Shown here: in pieces, positions 46,853 through 56,567 of the stretch | Layout: every line of letters starts with the position of its first letter | How positions within the stretch are numbered: the first letter of the stretch is position 1 | Source of the DNA: Candidatus Saccharimonadales bacterium | GTDB lineage: Bacteria; Patescibacteriota; Saccharimonadia; Saccharimonadales; OMJO01 | Assembly (NCBI GenBank): GCA_035480035.1 | Contig: DATIID010000008.1 | Coordinates: forward strand, 74,401 to 138,400 | DNA length: 64,000 nt | Direction: 5' to 3' | Made by a program: the position numbers and the translations under genes | The notes under the pieces: model-generated | Databases searched by the model: none | The model's input: only the letters and a program-made list of their open reading frames with translations | What the model was told of the DNA's origin: nothing

Positions 46853-48028
46853 ATGGATGAAAGTGTCGCCATCAAGGTAGACAATGTCAGCAAGACATTT
46901 AAACTACCGCACGAAAAAACCACGTCACTTAAAAGCCTGCTAATTAACTTTAGAAAACGTCGGACATTTGAACTGCAAGAGGCTTTGAAGGAAGTTTCTT
47001 TTGAAGTAAAAAAAGGAGAATTTTTTGGGATTGTCGGTCGTAATGGTAGCGGCAAAAGCACTCTACTTAAGTTATTGGCTGGCATTTATACACCAACCAG
47101 TGGCCAGATCCAAGTCAATGGCCAGTTGACACCGTTTATTGAACTAGGCGTTGGTTTTAGCCCAGAGCTTACCGGCCGCGAGAATGTTTTTTTAAACGGC
47201 GCACTACTTGGCTTTAACCGAACGCAAATGGATGGGATGTACGAATCAATTGTTAAGTTCGCTGAGATCGAAAGATTTATGGACCAAAAGCTCAAGAATT
47301 ATTCATCGGGAATGCAGGTACGCTTAGCTTTCTCGATAGCCATTAGAGCCAACACCGACATCTTAATCCTCGATGAAGTATTGGCGGTTGGCGATGAATC
47401 TTTCCAAAAGAAATGCCTCGACTATTTTCGAAAATTAAAAAAGCAGCACCAAACTGTGGTGTTGGTGTCGCACGATATGAAAACCGTTGAAAAGTTTTGT
47501 GACCGCGCAATATTAATTGACAGTGGAGAGCTAATCCACGAAGGTAATGCCCAAATTATTTCTGCCGAGTATAGTCAGCTTAATTTAACCAATGATACTG
47601 CTCCAATCAGCCAAGATTCTGAACCTACTAGCGCTAAAATCCTAGATGTAAAAATTAATGGCAAGAAATCGTTAATCATGCACAAACATGAACTTTTAGA
47701 GTTAGAAATCACGTATAAAGCCCTAAAGGATGTGCCAGTTGCGCCATCAATGTCAGTAATCAAATCAGACGGCAATTTTCTTGCAAACTTTAACACTAGA
47801 GGCGATGATAATATCAAAATCACTAAAGCGGGTGAAACTAAAAAGCTCGTCTGCAAATTTAAGTCTGACCAGTTTTTAGCTGGCACATATGGTGTTGCCG
47901 TGGCCATCTACGAAGGTGAGATATATCTGGACAGAAGTTATAATGCTGTTCAGTTTACGATAGCTATGGCTGAAGATACCAAAAAGCAAGGAAGCTTTAA
48001 TCTTGACGGTAGTTGGCACTTTTACTGA
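46853..48028 (+). CDS. wzt: Polysaccharide export ATPase Wzt with C-terminal carbohydrate-binding domain
   Basis: GRNGSGKST, YSSGM and DEVLAVGD motifs, plus a ~140-aa Wzt_C extension. Confidence 0.93.
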   Translation: MDESVAIKVDNVSKTFKLPHEKTTSLKSLLINFRKRRTFELQEALKEVSFEVKKGEFFGIVGRNGSGKSTLLKLLAGIYTPTSGQIQVNGQLTPFIELGVGFSPELTGRENVFLNGALLGFNRTQMDGMYESIVKFAEIERFMDQKLKNYSSGMQVRLAFSIAIRANTDILILDEVLAVGDESFQKKCLDYFRKLKKQHQTVVLVSHDMKTVEKFCDRAILIDSGELIHEGNAQIISAEYSQLNLTNDTAPISQDSEPTSAKILDVKINGKKSLIMHKHELLELEITYKALKDVPVAPSMSVIKSDGNFLANFNTRGDDNIKITKAGETKKLVCKFKSDQFLAGTYGVAVAIYEGEIYLDRSYNAVQFTIAMAEDTKKQGSFNLDGSWHFY

Positions 48029-49029
48029 TCACGTTTTCTCCCGACTTTTTTATATAGTGATCGGGTGTTGCGGATTAATTTAACCGGCATGAGCCGATGT
48101 ATACGGTTTATATAATCATTAAGACTTTGGTTGGCGGTTCTTAAATTCTCAATGTCAATTTTTAAGCTAGCTAATTCATTGGCGTGATCGGCGCGTTCCA
48201 GTTCCAGTTTGTCTATTAAAAATACAGCCGGCTTATCAACTTGATTAGTTATCTGTTTTTGAATCGGCCCATCACCCGAATAGCCGACACTAAAGTGCGT
48301 TTGAAAACTAAATTCACTCTTCAAGGTTTTAGCCAGATTCTTGTTTAAGATCGATGATATCTCGGGCTGTTTAAGCCAAGCTGTCGGCACGACAAAATTC
48401 ACAGCCAACTTGGTAAGCTCATGATTTTTACTAAGTAGCTCAAATATCTGATTGTAACGTTGCAGGTAGCTGAGCAAAAAACGACACTTTACCATGTCGA
48501 CCGGCAACGGAAAGTCGAAAGTGAATTCATAATCGATGAGATAGGTTTTATCACCCACCTGGATGAGGTTATCTAGATTGTAATCCAAATAACCAAGCTC
48601 AAGTGCTTGATATTGCCCAGCCCAAGCACTGCCAAACACTTTTATAAATTCGGAGTTTGAGCTAAAGTCCTGGGTGGACTTTTTTTGCATGTCAATTAAC
48701 TTTAAAACTTTAAGCAAAAGCTCCAGGCAAACCTCCCACTTATCATCAAGTAAGTTTTGTCTAAACTTATCATCAAGCAACTCGCCTTCGATAAAAGGCG
48801 TAACTACCTTACCGTCAACAAACTTAGACTTTATGACTAAAACACCCTTTAGGTCTTGAGCTAGCTTTTGTTCTTTAGCCGGATAAGCTTCAAGGAATTT
48901 TTTAGCATCTGGATGGGCGGCAGTTTTTTCAACCCAGCGCTTGCCTTCAGATTCAACAATAGTTGTAGTTACACGACAGATCGGCTTACGCGAAATTGAA
49001 GTTCGGCTATATAGAATTTTCCGGCTCAT
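48022..49029 (-). CDS. Kinase-like + coiled-coil protein (glycan chain-terminator-like)
   Basis: V.K.A, PFIEG, LDYNLDNLI and LIDYEF kinase-fold motifs; C-terminal heptads and basic amphipathic end. Confidence 0.6.
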   Translation of the reverse strand: MSRKILYSRTSISRKPICRVTTTIVESEGKRWVEKTAAHPDAKKFLEAYPAKEQKLAQDLKGVLVIKSKFVDGKVVTPFIEGELLDDKFRQNLLDDKWEVCLELLLKVLKLIDMQKKSTQDFSSNSEFIKVFGSAWAGQYQALELGYLDYNLDNLIQVGDKTYLIDYEFTFDFPLPVDMVKCRFLLSYLQRYNQIFELLSKNHELTKLAVNFVVPTAWLKQPEISSILNKNLAKTLKSEFSFQTHFSVGYSGDGPIQKQITNQVDKPAVFLIDKLELERADHANELASLKIDIENLRTANQSLNDYINRIHRLMPVKLIRNTRSLYKKVGRKRDQ

Positions 49030-49973
49030 GCCAGTACCGCCTCAATTAGAAATGAGTTGGCAAACTCTCGGAATAGTCCACCATGTTCAATAGTAGTCAT
49101 GGCCAGCGATTCGGAGAAAAGTTGTTCGGTTGGCCGGTCGGTATCTGGTGAAGGCAAAAGTTCAATCGGAAAACTTGTGCCATGACCGGGATAATAATCG
49201 TCTGAGTAAACGAAAAACGGTGTTTTATAATCCGGATAAGGATAATACATATTCGTAGTCTTTAAGCCGCAACTACTTAGCAAATCAATAATTTCGTGTC
49301 GGCTATAAGTACGAACTTTTTTATCAGTAAAACGATAATCATTAATCCCATCAAACGGCTGGCCGGTATGATCTTCATTAGCACCCCGCCAATATTTGAG
49401 GCCAAACTTATTCTCGATAGCAATAAGAATTCGACCATTTGGTTTGAGGCTTTTCTTAACCTGTTCTAAAAACTGCACTGAGGGTACCGAACCTGAAATG
49501 TAAGACGGTGCATATTCCAAAACACCAACACAGATTGCGACATCATGCTTGTCGGTTGTAGACAGATCCTCTAAATTACCGCAGATAACCCTTAAGTTAT
49601 TTGATTGCTGATGGCGGGTAGCGGTAATGAGGGCTCGTCGCTTGGTTAATTCTAAGGCTGTCACATGGCGGCTTTTAGTAATTAGCGTTTCGGTAATGGC
49701 ACCACAACCAGCGCCAATTTCTAAAACTTTTTCATTCTCGCCAATCGGATACCAGTTTAGCAATGTACCCCTGGAATAGGACAGGTGGTAATAAAGTGGC
49801 CATGACGGATGGCTTGCCAGGATTTTTAAGCGAGCTTGTTCTGGATTTTTACTTCTAAACAACTGTAAAATTTGATCCTCGACATCCCCGTCACTGTAAT
49901 CTTCGGACAATTTTTTGCCTAAAGATAGTAGCTCAACATTACCAATTTTTTGGCTGCCAATCGCTTGCTTCAC
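49026..49973 (-). CDS. Class I SAM methyltransferase of glycan loci
   Basis: YSDGDVE, VLEIGAGCGAIT, GVLEYA, AIENKFGLKYW.G..EDH and YYPYPDYK motifs. Confidence 0.85.
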   Translation of the reverse strand: MKQAIGSQKIGNVELLSLGKKLSEDYSDGDVEDQILQLFRSKNPEQARLKILASHPSWPLYYHLSYSRGTLLNWYPIGENEKVLEIGAGCGAITETLITKSRHVTALELTKRRALITATRHQQSNNLRVICGNLEDLSTTDKHDVAICVGVLEYAPSYISGSVPSVQFLEQVKKSLKPNGRILIAIENKFGLKYWRGANEDHTGQPFDGINDYRFTDKKVRTYSRHEIIDLLSSCGLKTTNMYYPYPDYKTPFFVYSDDYYPGHGTSFPIELLPSPDTDRPTEQLFSESLAMTTIEHGGLFREFANSFLIEAVLA

Positions 49974-50006
49974 ACCGGTTATTATATAGTAGTTTAACGA
50001 CGGTCG

Positions 50007-52577
50007 TTATTTAATAGATTCGATTTGCAGTAAATATTTGCTACTGCCAAACGGCGCAATAATTTTTTGGGAAGCTTGACCCATATGTTGGAGGTCTTGA
50101 TTGGACGACGCTTTTTTATTTAGTAATTTTTCAATGATGCTAGCAAATTGGTTGATGTTGGTGTGGTCGATAAAGTAGCCATTCTCGCCGTCAATTAGTT
50201 GTTCTTCCATACCGGAGCTGTTATTGCGAAGCACCACATGGCCCATAAACATGCCCTCGGCAATATACAATCCAAAAGTTTCATTTAATGAGCAGCAGAT
50301 CACCGCATTGCACTTGGCGGTAACCATCATGGCTTCATCCTTTGGAATAGAAGGATAGTAAACAATATGGTTTTTTAAGAGCGAATCACCAACCCAATGA
50401 ATTTGCTGCGATATATAATCCTGGCCAATCGATACCAGATGCAATTTAAAGTTACGATAGGCTGACTTATCCTTTTGATAATATTTTTGGTAGAAGTCAT
50501 AAAACGCCGACAGGGCTAACAACTGGCCCTTTCGTCCATCTGATGGTGTGCCGGAAATCAAGAAATTAAGCTCTTCATAATCACTAACTGGCCGTGGCTT
50601 TTGGTACTTTTCATCAACTTCGACGTGCAAATTAACGGCCTGAACCTTAGCTGTATCAAGCAAATCATCGTATTCCTGCTTGGTTCGCCGAGACGGTGTC
50701 ATAATAGTCAGCTTGTTCTCCTTAATAAGTTTGTTAACGTTTCTGAGGTTTGGTTTGTCTAAAAACTCCCTATGAATAATCGGTATTTGAGCAAGGTCCT
50801 CATGAATGAACCAGTAAGCGTGACCTAACCGGCCATTTTTGAGCCACAAAAATATAAAATCACGATAATTATCCAAGACCGCCACCGTATTCATGAGAAC
50901 AAAGTCATTTTTACCAAGCCCTAATTGCAAACGAATAAAGTGAAAACCAACACCGGCCACGGCTTTTTCATAGCGCACACCAAGCTCACTTAAAAACCTG
51001 AGTTGATGGGCAGTTATTTCGGGCGCCAAGACCAAAACATTTTGACCGCCGTATTTTTTGGCGTACTCCTCGATGACTTGCAATAAAACAAGAGGTGCCC
51101 CAGTGTTATCAAACGGATGCCCGATGAATATATAGCGACGTTTATGCGGCGGGGACTTACGTTTATTAATTTGAGTTTTGGCAATGCCGGCTGCTAATCG
51201 GGCGGAGCGCATCACACCTTTGCTGCGAACTTTTGATACGATTCGTGGTGTAATATCAATAATTTTAGTAAGCTTACTGGTCTTTAACGGTTGCGAACTA
51301 GGTGGGGTGATTAAGGGTTCGTTGAAGCCCAAGCTTCGGCGATACTCCATTTCAGCATGATACGGTGTTGTTCCGCTGCCAATGTCTGTGGCTAACTTGT
51401 TAGTTATGTAGTGCCACTCGTACTTTGGCTTAATCTTGATAATGGCTTTTCGGATATCGGCCAGCTTTGCTTGATGCTTAAACAAATCGTCAACTGTCGA
51501 CACGATGGCCTTGGCCGTTAATTCCGGTAGCCGAATGGCAGCTTGCTTTTCAATTAGCTCGTCACTGAGCGGATCGCCACCATTGGTTAGGATGGCCAGT
51601 TCGCCCCAAACGTAATCCATCACACGAGTTCGCCAAGAATATTTATTTTCTTCACCTGGCTTATTTAGGCTAATCACTACGTCGGCGTGTTTGTACCAAT
51701 TAATTCGATGATCAAAATTCACCCAATCGACGAAAAACATCGATTTATTTGTGAGTTTATGTTCATTAGCGAAGGCTACGGCTTTGTCGTATTGTTTAAA
51801 GAAATCTGGGTTGGGATTGAAAGGATTCTTACCACCCACAAACACAAATTTGATAGTCTGATTTTGGGACAAGGTTTTAATGGCTTCAAGCAATTCCTCA
51901 ACATGAAACCATGGATACAAACCACCAAACCACAAGACCGTGAAATCCTTATCGGTTATACCTAAGTTTTGATAAGGATTACTGGTGGCGTTGGCCGCCA
52001 ATTCGTGAATACCGAATGGGACTATCAAAATGCGGTCTTCGCGATAAGACCGGGGATTGAGGATGCCGAGGCTCGACAGTACGCCGACATAAAAAACTTT
52101 CTGAGCTTCATTGGCGCACAGAAAAAGGTCACCGCGCTTGAGGACCTTGTTAAACCTAGTAATATCGCCCATGTAAGCGGTGTATTCAGTATCAATATCT
52201 TTTGATTCACGGGCCGATACCTCGACATAAATCGGCACGTAAGCATCCAAAATTAACTGTACGTTATCATTAATATTGTCGACAACGAAAACTGAAGGGT
52301 CGCCCATGCAATAACTCATCAAAACCGTATCGTAGGTGTTGATAAGCTGAGCGAACTGATTATCCAAGCTCCAATTTATTAACCGAACACCTTCATGTTC
52401 TTGAATTTCTTGCGGAAAAGAATTGTTGACCGCCACTACCACATCCACACCATTGGCCTTAAGACCTTTGGCTAAACCCCAAACCCGCATACCGCCGCCT
52501 TCAACGGTTTGATACTGTGGTGTTGGTACGGGACCGTAAGTAATCAGCAAACACGATTTTGTCTTTGTTTCAGACAT
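50007..52577 (-). CDS. Two-domain GT-B (GT4-like) glycosyltransferase
   Basis: First domain WFGG.YPWF and RTR..DY; second domain RKGQ and S..ETFGL...EGM. Confidence 0.8.
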   Translation of the reverse strand: MSETKTKSCLLITYGPVPTPQYQTVEGGGMRVWGLAKGLKANGVDVVVAVNNSFPQEIQEHEGVRLINWSLDNQFAQLINTYDTVLMSYCMGDPSVFVVDNINDNVQLILDAYVPIYVEVSARESKDIDTEYTAYMGDITRFNKVLKRGDLFLCANEAQKVFYVGVLSSLGILNPRSYREDRILIVPFGIHELAANATSNPYQNLGITDKDFTVLWFGGLYPWFHVEELLEAIKTLSQNQTIKFVFVGGKNPFNPNPDFFKQYDKAVAFANEHKLTNKSMFFVDWVNFDHRINWYKHADVVISLNKPGEENKYSWRTRVMDYVWGELAILTNGGDPLSDELIEKQAAIRLPELTAKAIVSTVDDLFKHQAKLADIRKAIIKIKPKYEWHYITNKLATDIGSGTTPYHAEMEYRRSLGFNEPLITPPSSQPLKTSKLTKIIDITPRIVSKVRSKGVMRSARLAAGIAKTQINKRKSPPHKRRYIFIGHPFDNTGAPLVLLQVIEEYAKKYGGQNVLVLAPEITAHQLRFLSELGVRYEKAVAGVGFHFIRLQLGLGKNDFVLMNTVAVLDNYRDFIFLWLKNGRLGHAYWFIHEDLAQIPIIHREFLDKPNLRNVNKLIKENKLTIMTPSRRTKQEYDDLLDTAKVQAVNLHVEVDEKYQKPRPVSDYEELNFLISGTPSDGRKGQLLALSAFYDFYQKYYQKDKSAYRNFKLHLVSIGQDYISQQIHWVGDSLLKNHIVYYPSIPKDEAMMVTAKCNAVICCSLNETFGLYIAEGMFMGHVVLRNNSSGMEEQLIDGENGYFIDHTNINQFASIIEKLLNKKASSNQDLQHMGQASQKIIAPFGSSKYLLQIESIK

Positions 52578-52679
52578 ATAGTTTATGATACCAATAAGAG
52601 GTGAGCGTTGCTAGAGCGTCACTTAAAACTCAGTAAACACATTAAAAGTCTCGACACGTTATTTGTTAACATGAGTTAA

Positions 52680-54185
52680 GTGAAAAGCGCAAAAGATAAT
52701 CAACTGTTGAGTAAACTTGTTTTAATAACTCAGCGACCTATTTTTTGGTTACCAATATTTTTAGTATTTTTATTAGTCAGAAATTGGCAAGTATTCTTAT
52801 TAACTGATCTTCATGATGGTTACGGTGTAAAAACTTTTATTGTTTCGAGCGGTTTAAATTATCCGGGTCTAAAAGCGTACATCCACCGTTATGCTCTGCA
52901 ATCATATGGCGGCCATTTTATACCGTTATGGTTCGCTATTTTCTGGTTACTCATATATTTGTTTGATTCAAATCCATATGTACTTGGCCTACTTTCTTTT
53001 GCTTTTGCAGCCTGGCTTCTTTACTTGATTTATCGGCTATGCTTACACTTTTTTGATTCTCATCGTAATGGTCACCTATATGCTCTGTTAGCGGCAATGA
53101 TTTTCTCAAGTTCTGGTTTCTTTCTTGAGGCTATTGCATGGAAATGGATGCTCGGTTTAGTAATATCGACGGCATTCTTTTGTCAGGCGCTGTTAATTCT
53201 GTTGCGCCAGAAACACTCCAAGATCTGGCTAGCAATCTATTCGATTTTACTTTTAGGCTCGGTTTGGACCTTTGGCACTTCTTGGATGCTATGTTGGGGC
53301 CTTGTCATATTTTTGTTATTACAACGTCAAAAGAAACTTCAAAACTACTTGTTTTCAACAATAGCAGTGTCTGTCGTCGCCACAATTACAACCTTAATTG
53401 CTAATCGTCACATTGTGTCTCATCTAAATCCCGTCTTCATACTTACAAACCTTCCGGCAGTGGCCTTAATGGCAGCTGTTAATACGCTTTTGCAGATGTT
53501 TGGAGTATTTAGATTGGGCGGCGTTCAACATCTATACATTAGTTCGGCTTTAGCTATCACAATTCTGCTGGCTCTCGTTGTGTATTACTATGATCGCCAC
53601 AAGCACAATAATTTATCACAAAAAGACCAACTAGTTATTTCGCTGATTTTAGCTTACCTAGCAATTATCACGCTAAGTCTTATGAGATTGATGCCAGTTA
53701 CTGGCATAAGCCCAATCAGCTCACCCGAAAACTTTATCATTGGTGATAGGTACATGTTTGTTTATTCAATACCACTTTTTATAGCCCTATTTGTGACAGC
53801 TGGTAAAAAGATGATGAACTTACCAAAACTTATTCTTTACATACTAATCGGTGGAGCTATTATTTACGGTGTAGAAATTCAAATAAATTACTCCAAAATA
53901 GACCCTGTTATTGCCAATCACCACCGTACAGAGTTCTATAATCTTGAACCCAAGGCTTTGTTAGAAGCACAGGATCAAGGTCTAAAATTACCAGATATTG
54001 ATGGTGATCTTTTTGGCTCGACCCAAAGATTAAGTCGGTCGGTCAAAATCCGAAAAGATTATGCCAAATACAATCCGCAATTCGTTAGTCCAAAATCATT
54101 AACTACATCTAATTGTTTGGCTATTCATAAATCCAAAGACCTAGATAATTGGCTAAACTTGTATAGCAGTCAATGGTGCAATTAA
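52680..54185 (+). CDS. Multi-pass membrane protein, GT-C-like
   Basis: About 11 TMs with GHFIPL and DRY motifs; lies in a glycan locus. Confidence 0.55.
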   Translation: MKSAKDNQLLSKLVLITQRPIFWLPIFLVFLLVRNWQVFLLTDLHDGYGVKTFIVSSGLNYPGLKAYIHRYALQSYGGHFIPLWFAIFWLLIYLFDSNPYVLGLLSFAFAAWLLYLIYRLCLHFFDSHRNGHLYALLAAMIFSSSGFFLEAIAWKWMLGLVISTAFFCQALLILLRQKHSKIWLAIYSILLLGSVWTFGTSWMLCWGLVIFLLLQRQKKLQNYLFSTIAVSVVATITTLIANRHIVSHLNPVFILTNLPAVALMAAVNTLLQMFGVFRLGGVQHLYISSALAITILLALVVYYYDRHKHNNLSQKDQLVISLILAYLAIITLSLMRLMPVTGISPISSPENFIIGDRYMFVYSIPLFIALFVTAGKKMMNLPKLILYILIGGAIIYGVEIQINYSKIDPVIANHHRTEFYNLEPKALLEAQDQGLKLPDIDGDLFGSTQRLSRSVKIRKDYAKYNPQFVSPKSLTTSNCLAIHKSKDLDNWLNLYSSQWCN

Positions 54186-54193
54186 ACCCACGA

Positions 54194-55897
54194 TTAGTAT
54201 GAACTAATAAGACCGTATTGTTTTAGTAGTTTGGCGTTTAGGGTTTGCACTGTTGGTATATCGGTCGATAGCCCATACTGATAGTCACCAACGGCTCGTA
54301 CATGCCAAAAGCCATCACTTGGACGATAAACTGCAATGTCGGTTTTACCATCGCCGTTAAAGTCGCTCAAAACAGGTATGTCACCCGACTTACCATAATT
54401 AAAATCACCAACTGCCCGAATGTGCCAGGCACCAGTGCTTGGCCTAAATACCGCGACGTCAGTTTTACTATCGCCGTTGTAATCCCCAGGTACTGGAATG
54501 TCGGTTGACCAACCAAACGCGTAAGTTCCGACGTTACGAATCCGCCAGCCGCCATCAGCTGGCCGATACACACTAATGTCGGTTTTCTTATCGCCATTGT
54601 AATCACCTGGCACCGGGATATCACCCGACCGACCGTACATAAAATCACCAACCGCTCGAATGTGCCAGTAACCTTGACTTGGCCGCCACACGGCGATGTC
54701 CGTCTTGCCATCACCGTTATAGTCGCCGGGCACAGGTATGTCACCAGCTTGACCGTAGCTGAAATCACCAACCCCTCGAATGTGCCACACACCTTGGCTC
54801 GGTCTAAAAACAGCGATGTCCGTTTTACCGTCACCATTGTAATCACCAGGGACTGGGATATCACCGTTTTGGCCGAAACCGACGTCGCCATACGCCCGAA
54901 TGTGCCAACAGCCATTACTAGGTCTGAAGACTGACGGGTCAGCTCGACTATCACCCGTATAGTCACCGATGACTCGACGACCAGTCGACTGGCTATTGTA
55001 AGGATCACTACCACATATATTTACAGGCGAGCCGAACCAGTTGAGAAAAGTATTATAAAAACTCTGGTTACCACTGATGCTGGGAATATAAAAATAGCGG
55101 GCAGCCGTCGCGCCGTTAGTCATGGTCAGGGTCGTTCCGCCAACCGTGTATGTCCCATCATAATAAATAGACGAACTACTAGCTGAACGTTTGCGATATC
55201 CTTGCGTCATCGGCCCCCCATAATAAATGTTCTCATCGCCAGGATCATGCCCAGGATAACCGGTGAGTAGGCCATACGCCCGTTCTTGTCCAAAACGCTC
55301 CAACCAAGTGGCCGATAAAAGCTGCAAACTGAAACCTTCATAAGTCGCGTCACAATTGCCGGCGTCACATTGATTGCTCATGGCGATAGTTACGCAACCA
55401 CCGGCATACGGGCAAGCTGTGGTGCAGGTGTGCGAACCACCATTGCGCCACAGGTCACAAGTGTATGTATTGGATGGATTGGGTGTGTTGTAGTGACATC
55501 CTGCCGATCCGGTTACGACCGCTTGCTCGTATTGGAGTGTGGATAATATAACTTGCGGGTTAATATGATAAATTTGCGCCGTGTGGTATATGGCAGTGCC
55601 GGCAGTAACGTTTCCGCCGAACGTATATCCATGGTTTGTCCCTACTGAAGCCGACCAACCAGTCGGATCTGGTGTTGTGAAACCGTGGTTAGTGCTTAAA
55701 CAGCTTTGTGGCATTGAATTAAGAAAGCTATCAATCTGGCTAGCATTCATGGTGCCAGTATTTTCATAAGTACTATCTTCAATCACGTGGCTAGGATTGA
55801 AAGCAGCCTGTGCTGTTTTGTTTTGAATCAAAACGCCAGTCACCATCGAAATTAAAAATAAACAAACTATCGCAATAGTGCGGATGTTTTTTTTCAT
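54194..55897 (-). CDS. Secreted surface protein with lysozyme-like N-terminal domain and FG-GAP/VCBS repeats
   Basis: Signal peptide (AQA), INPQVILSTLQYEQ, and six GDIPVPGDYNGDGKTD.AV.RP-type repeats. Confidence 0.8.
   Translation of the reverse strand: MKKNIRTIAIVCLFLISMVTGVLIQNKTAQAAFNPSHVIEDSTYENTGTMNASQIDSFLNSMPQSCLSTNHGFTTPDPTGWSASVGTNHGYTFGGNVTAGTAIYHTAQIYHINPQVILSTLQYEQAVVTGSAGCHYNTPNPSNTYTCDLWRNGGSHTCTTACPYAGGCVTIAMSNQCDAGNCDATYEGFSLQLLSATWLERFGQERAYGLLTGYPGHDPGDENIYYGGPMTQGYRKRSASSSSIYYDGTYTVGGTTLTMTNGATAARYFYIPSISGNQSFYNTFLNWFGSPVNICGSDPYNSQSTGRRVIGDYTGDSRADPSVFRPSNGCWHIRAYGDVGFGQNGDIPVPGDYNGDGKTDIAVFRPSQGVWHIRGVGDFSYGQAGDIPVPGDYNGDGKTDIAVWRPSQGYWHIRAVGDFMYGRSGDIPVPGDYNGDKKTDISVYRPADGGWRIRNVGTYAFGWSTDIPVPGDYNGDSKTDVAVFRPSTGAWHIRAVGDFNYGKSGDIPVLSDFNGDGKTDIAVYRPSDGFWHVRAVGDYQYGLSTDIPTVQTLNAKLLKQYGLISSY
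54255..54970 (-). repeat. Six ~120-bp coding tandem repeats (FG-GAP-like, 40 aa)
   Basis: (t/c)gcca recurs in register at about 54301, 54421, 54541, 54661, 54781 and 54901. Confidence 0.9.
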
Positions 55898-56490
55898 GGT
55901 TGGACCTGAAGGTTAATTTGATCCACGGTGCTTTTAGTCTGGCCGCCCGCAGAGGCAATTGCAGTTATCGTCCAAGAGCCCGAACTGAGCCCGGCCGATT
56001 TAATATTCCATGTCCAATATGTAGATCCGCTACCGTCAACGATTTGAGCAGCTAATTTTTTAGTTTCGTTACCTTTCGTGAACTCAATATAGCAACTTAC
56101 CCCAGGTGTAGTAATGCAGTTTGATTCTTCTGTTGTCGGTGAGCCATTTTGACCCGGCCGATGGTTACTGACAAACCCACCATAAGGCTTAATTAGATCA
56201 CCGTTACTTGTCTGAGTACTACTAGAAGGACTCGATCCAATATCTTTTGATCCAGATGTTGCGGTGGCAGTACTTTTAGCTGCTTTTGAAGATTCTGAGC
56301 CACCAGATTTATTGGACATTGTAGGTATTATTGAAGTACTGCGAGTATTCTTATGGAAAAAATGAGTTGTATTGGTTAGTTCAAGACCGACCATAATGAT
56401 AATTAGCAAACCGACTATAGCAGCCGGAACTAACCAACTGGGCAGTTTTTTTGGGACAGTTTTACTAACCTTGTAAGCTTTCGATGCCAT
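55894..56490 (-). CDS. Membrane-anchored protein with S/T-rich linker and small Ig-like domain
   Basis: Single TM, low-complexity linker, and P.G.FVSNH...C.T.PG..C.I.F..G; cotranscribed with the FG-GAP gene. Confidence 0.65.
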   Translation of the reverse strand: MASKAYKVSKTVPKKLPSWLVPAAIVGLLIIIMVGLELTNTTHFFHKNTRSTSIIPTMSNKSGGSESSKAAKSTATATSGSKDIGSSPSSSTQTSNGDLIKPYGGFVSNHRPGQNGSPTTEESNCITTPGVSCYIEFTKGNETKKLAAQIVDGSGSTYWTWNIKSAGLSSGSWTITAIASAGGQTKSTVDQINLQVQP

Positions 56491-56567
56491 ATTTTTATTT
56501 TATAACAATAAAGTTATACGCCAAGTAAGTATAACAGATATGTAAAGGCATCAAAAGAGATAAATTA

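Noticed and set aside
54255-55014. 120-bp periodic repeats as a CRISPR array, and the 215-aa ORF 54367..55014
   Set aside because: The repeats are in-frame coding units with synonymous variation and no unique spacers or cas genes; the second ORF is a shadow frame
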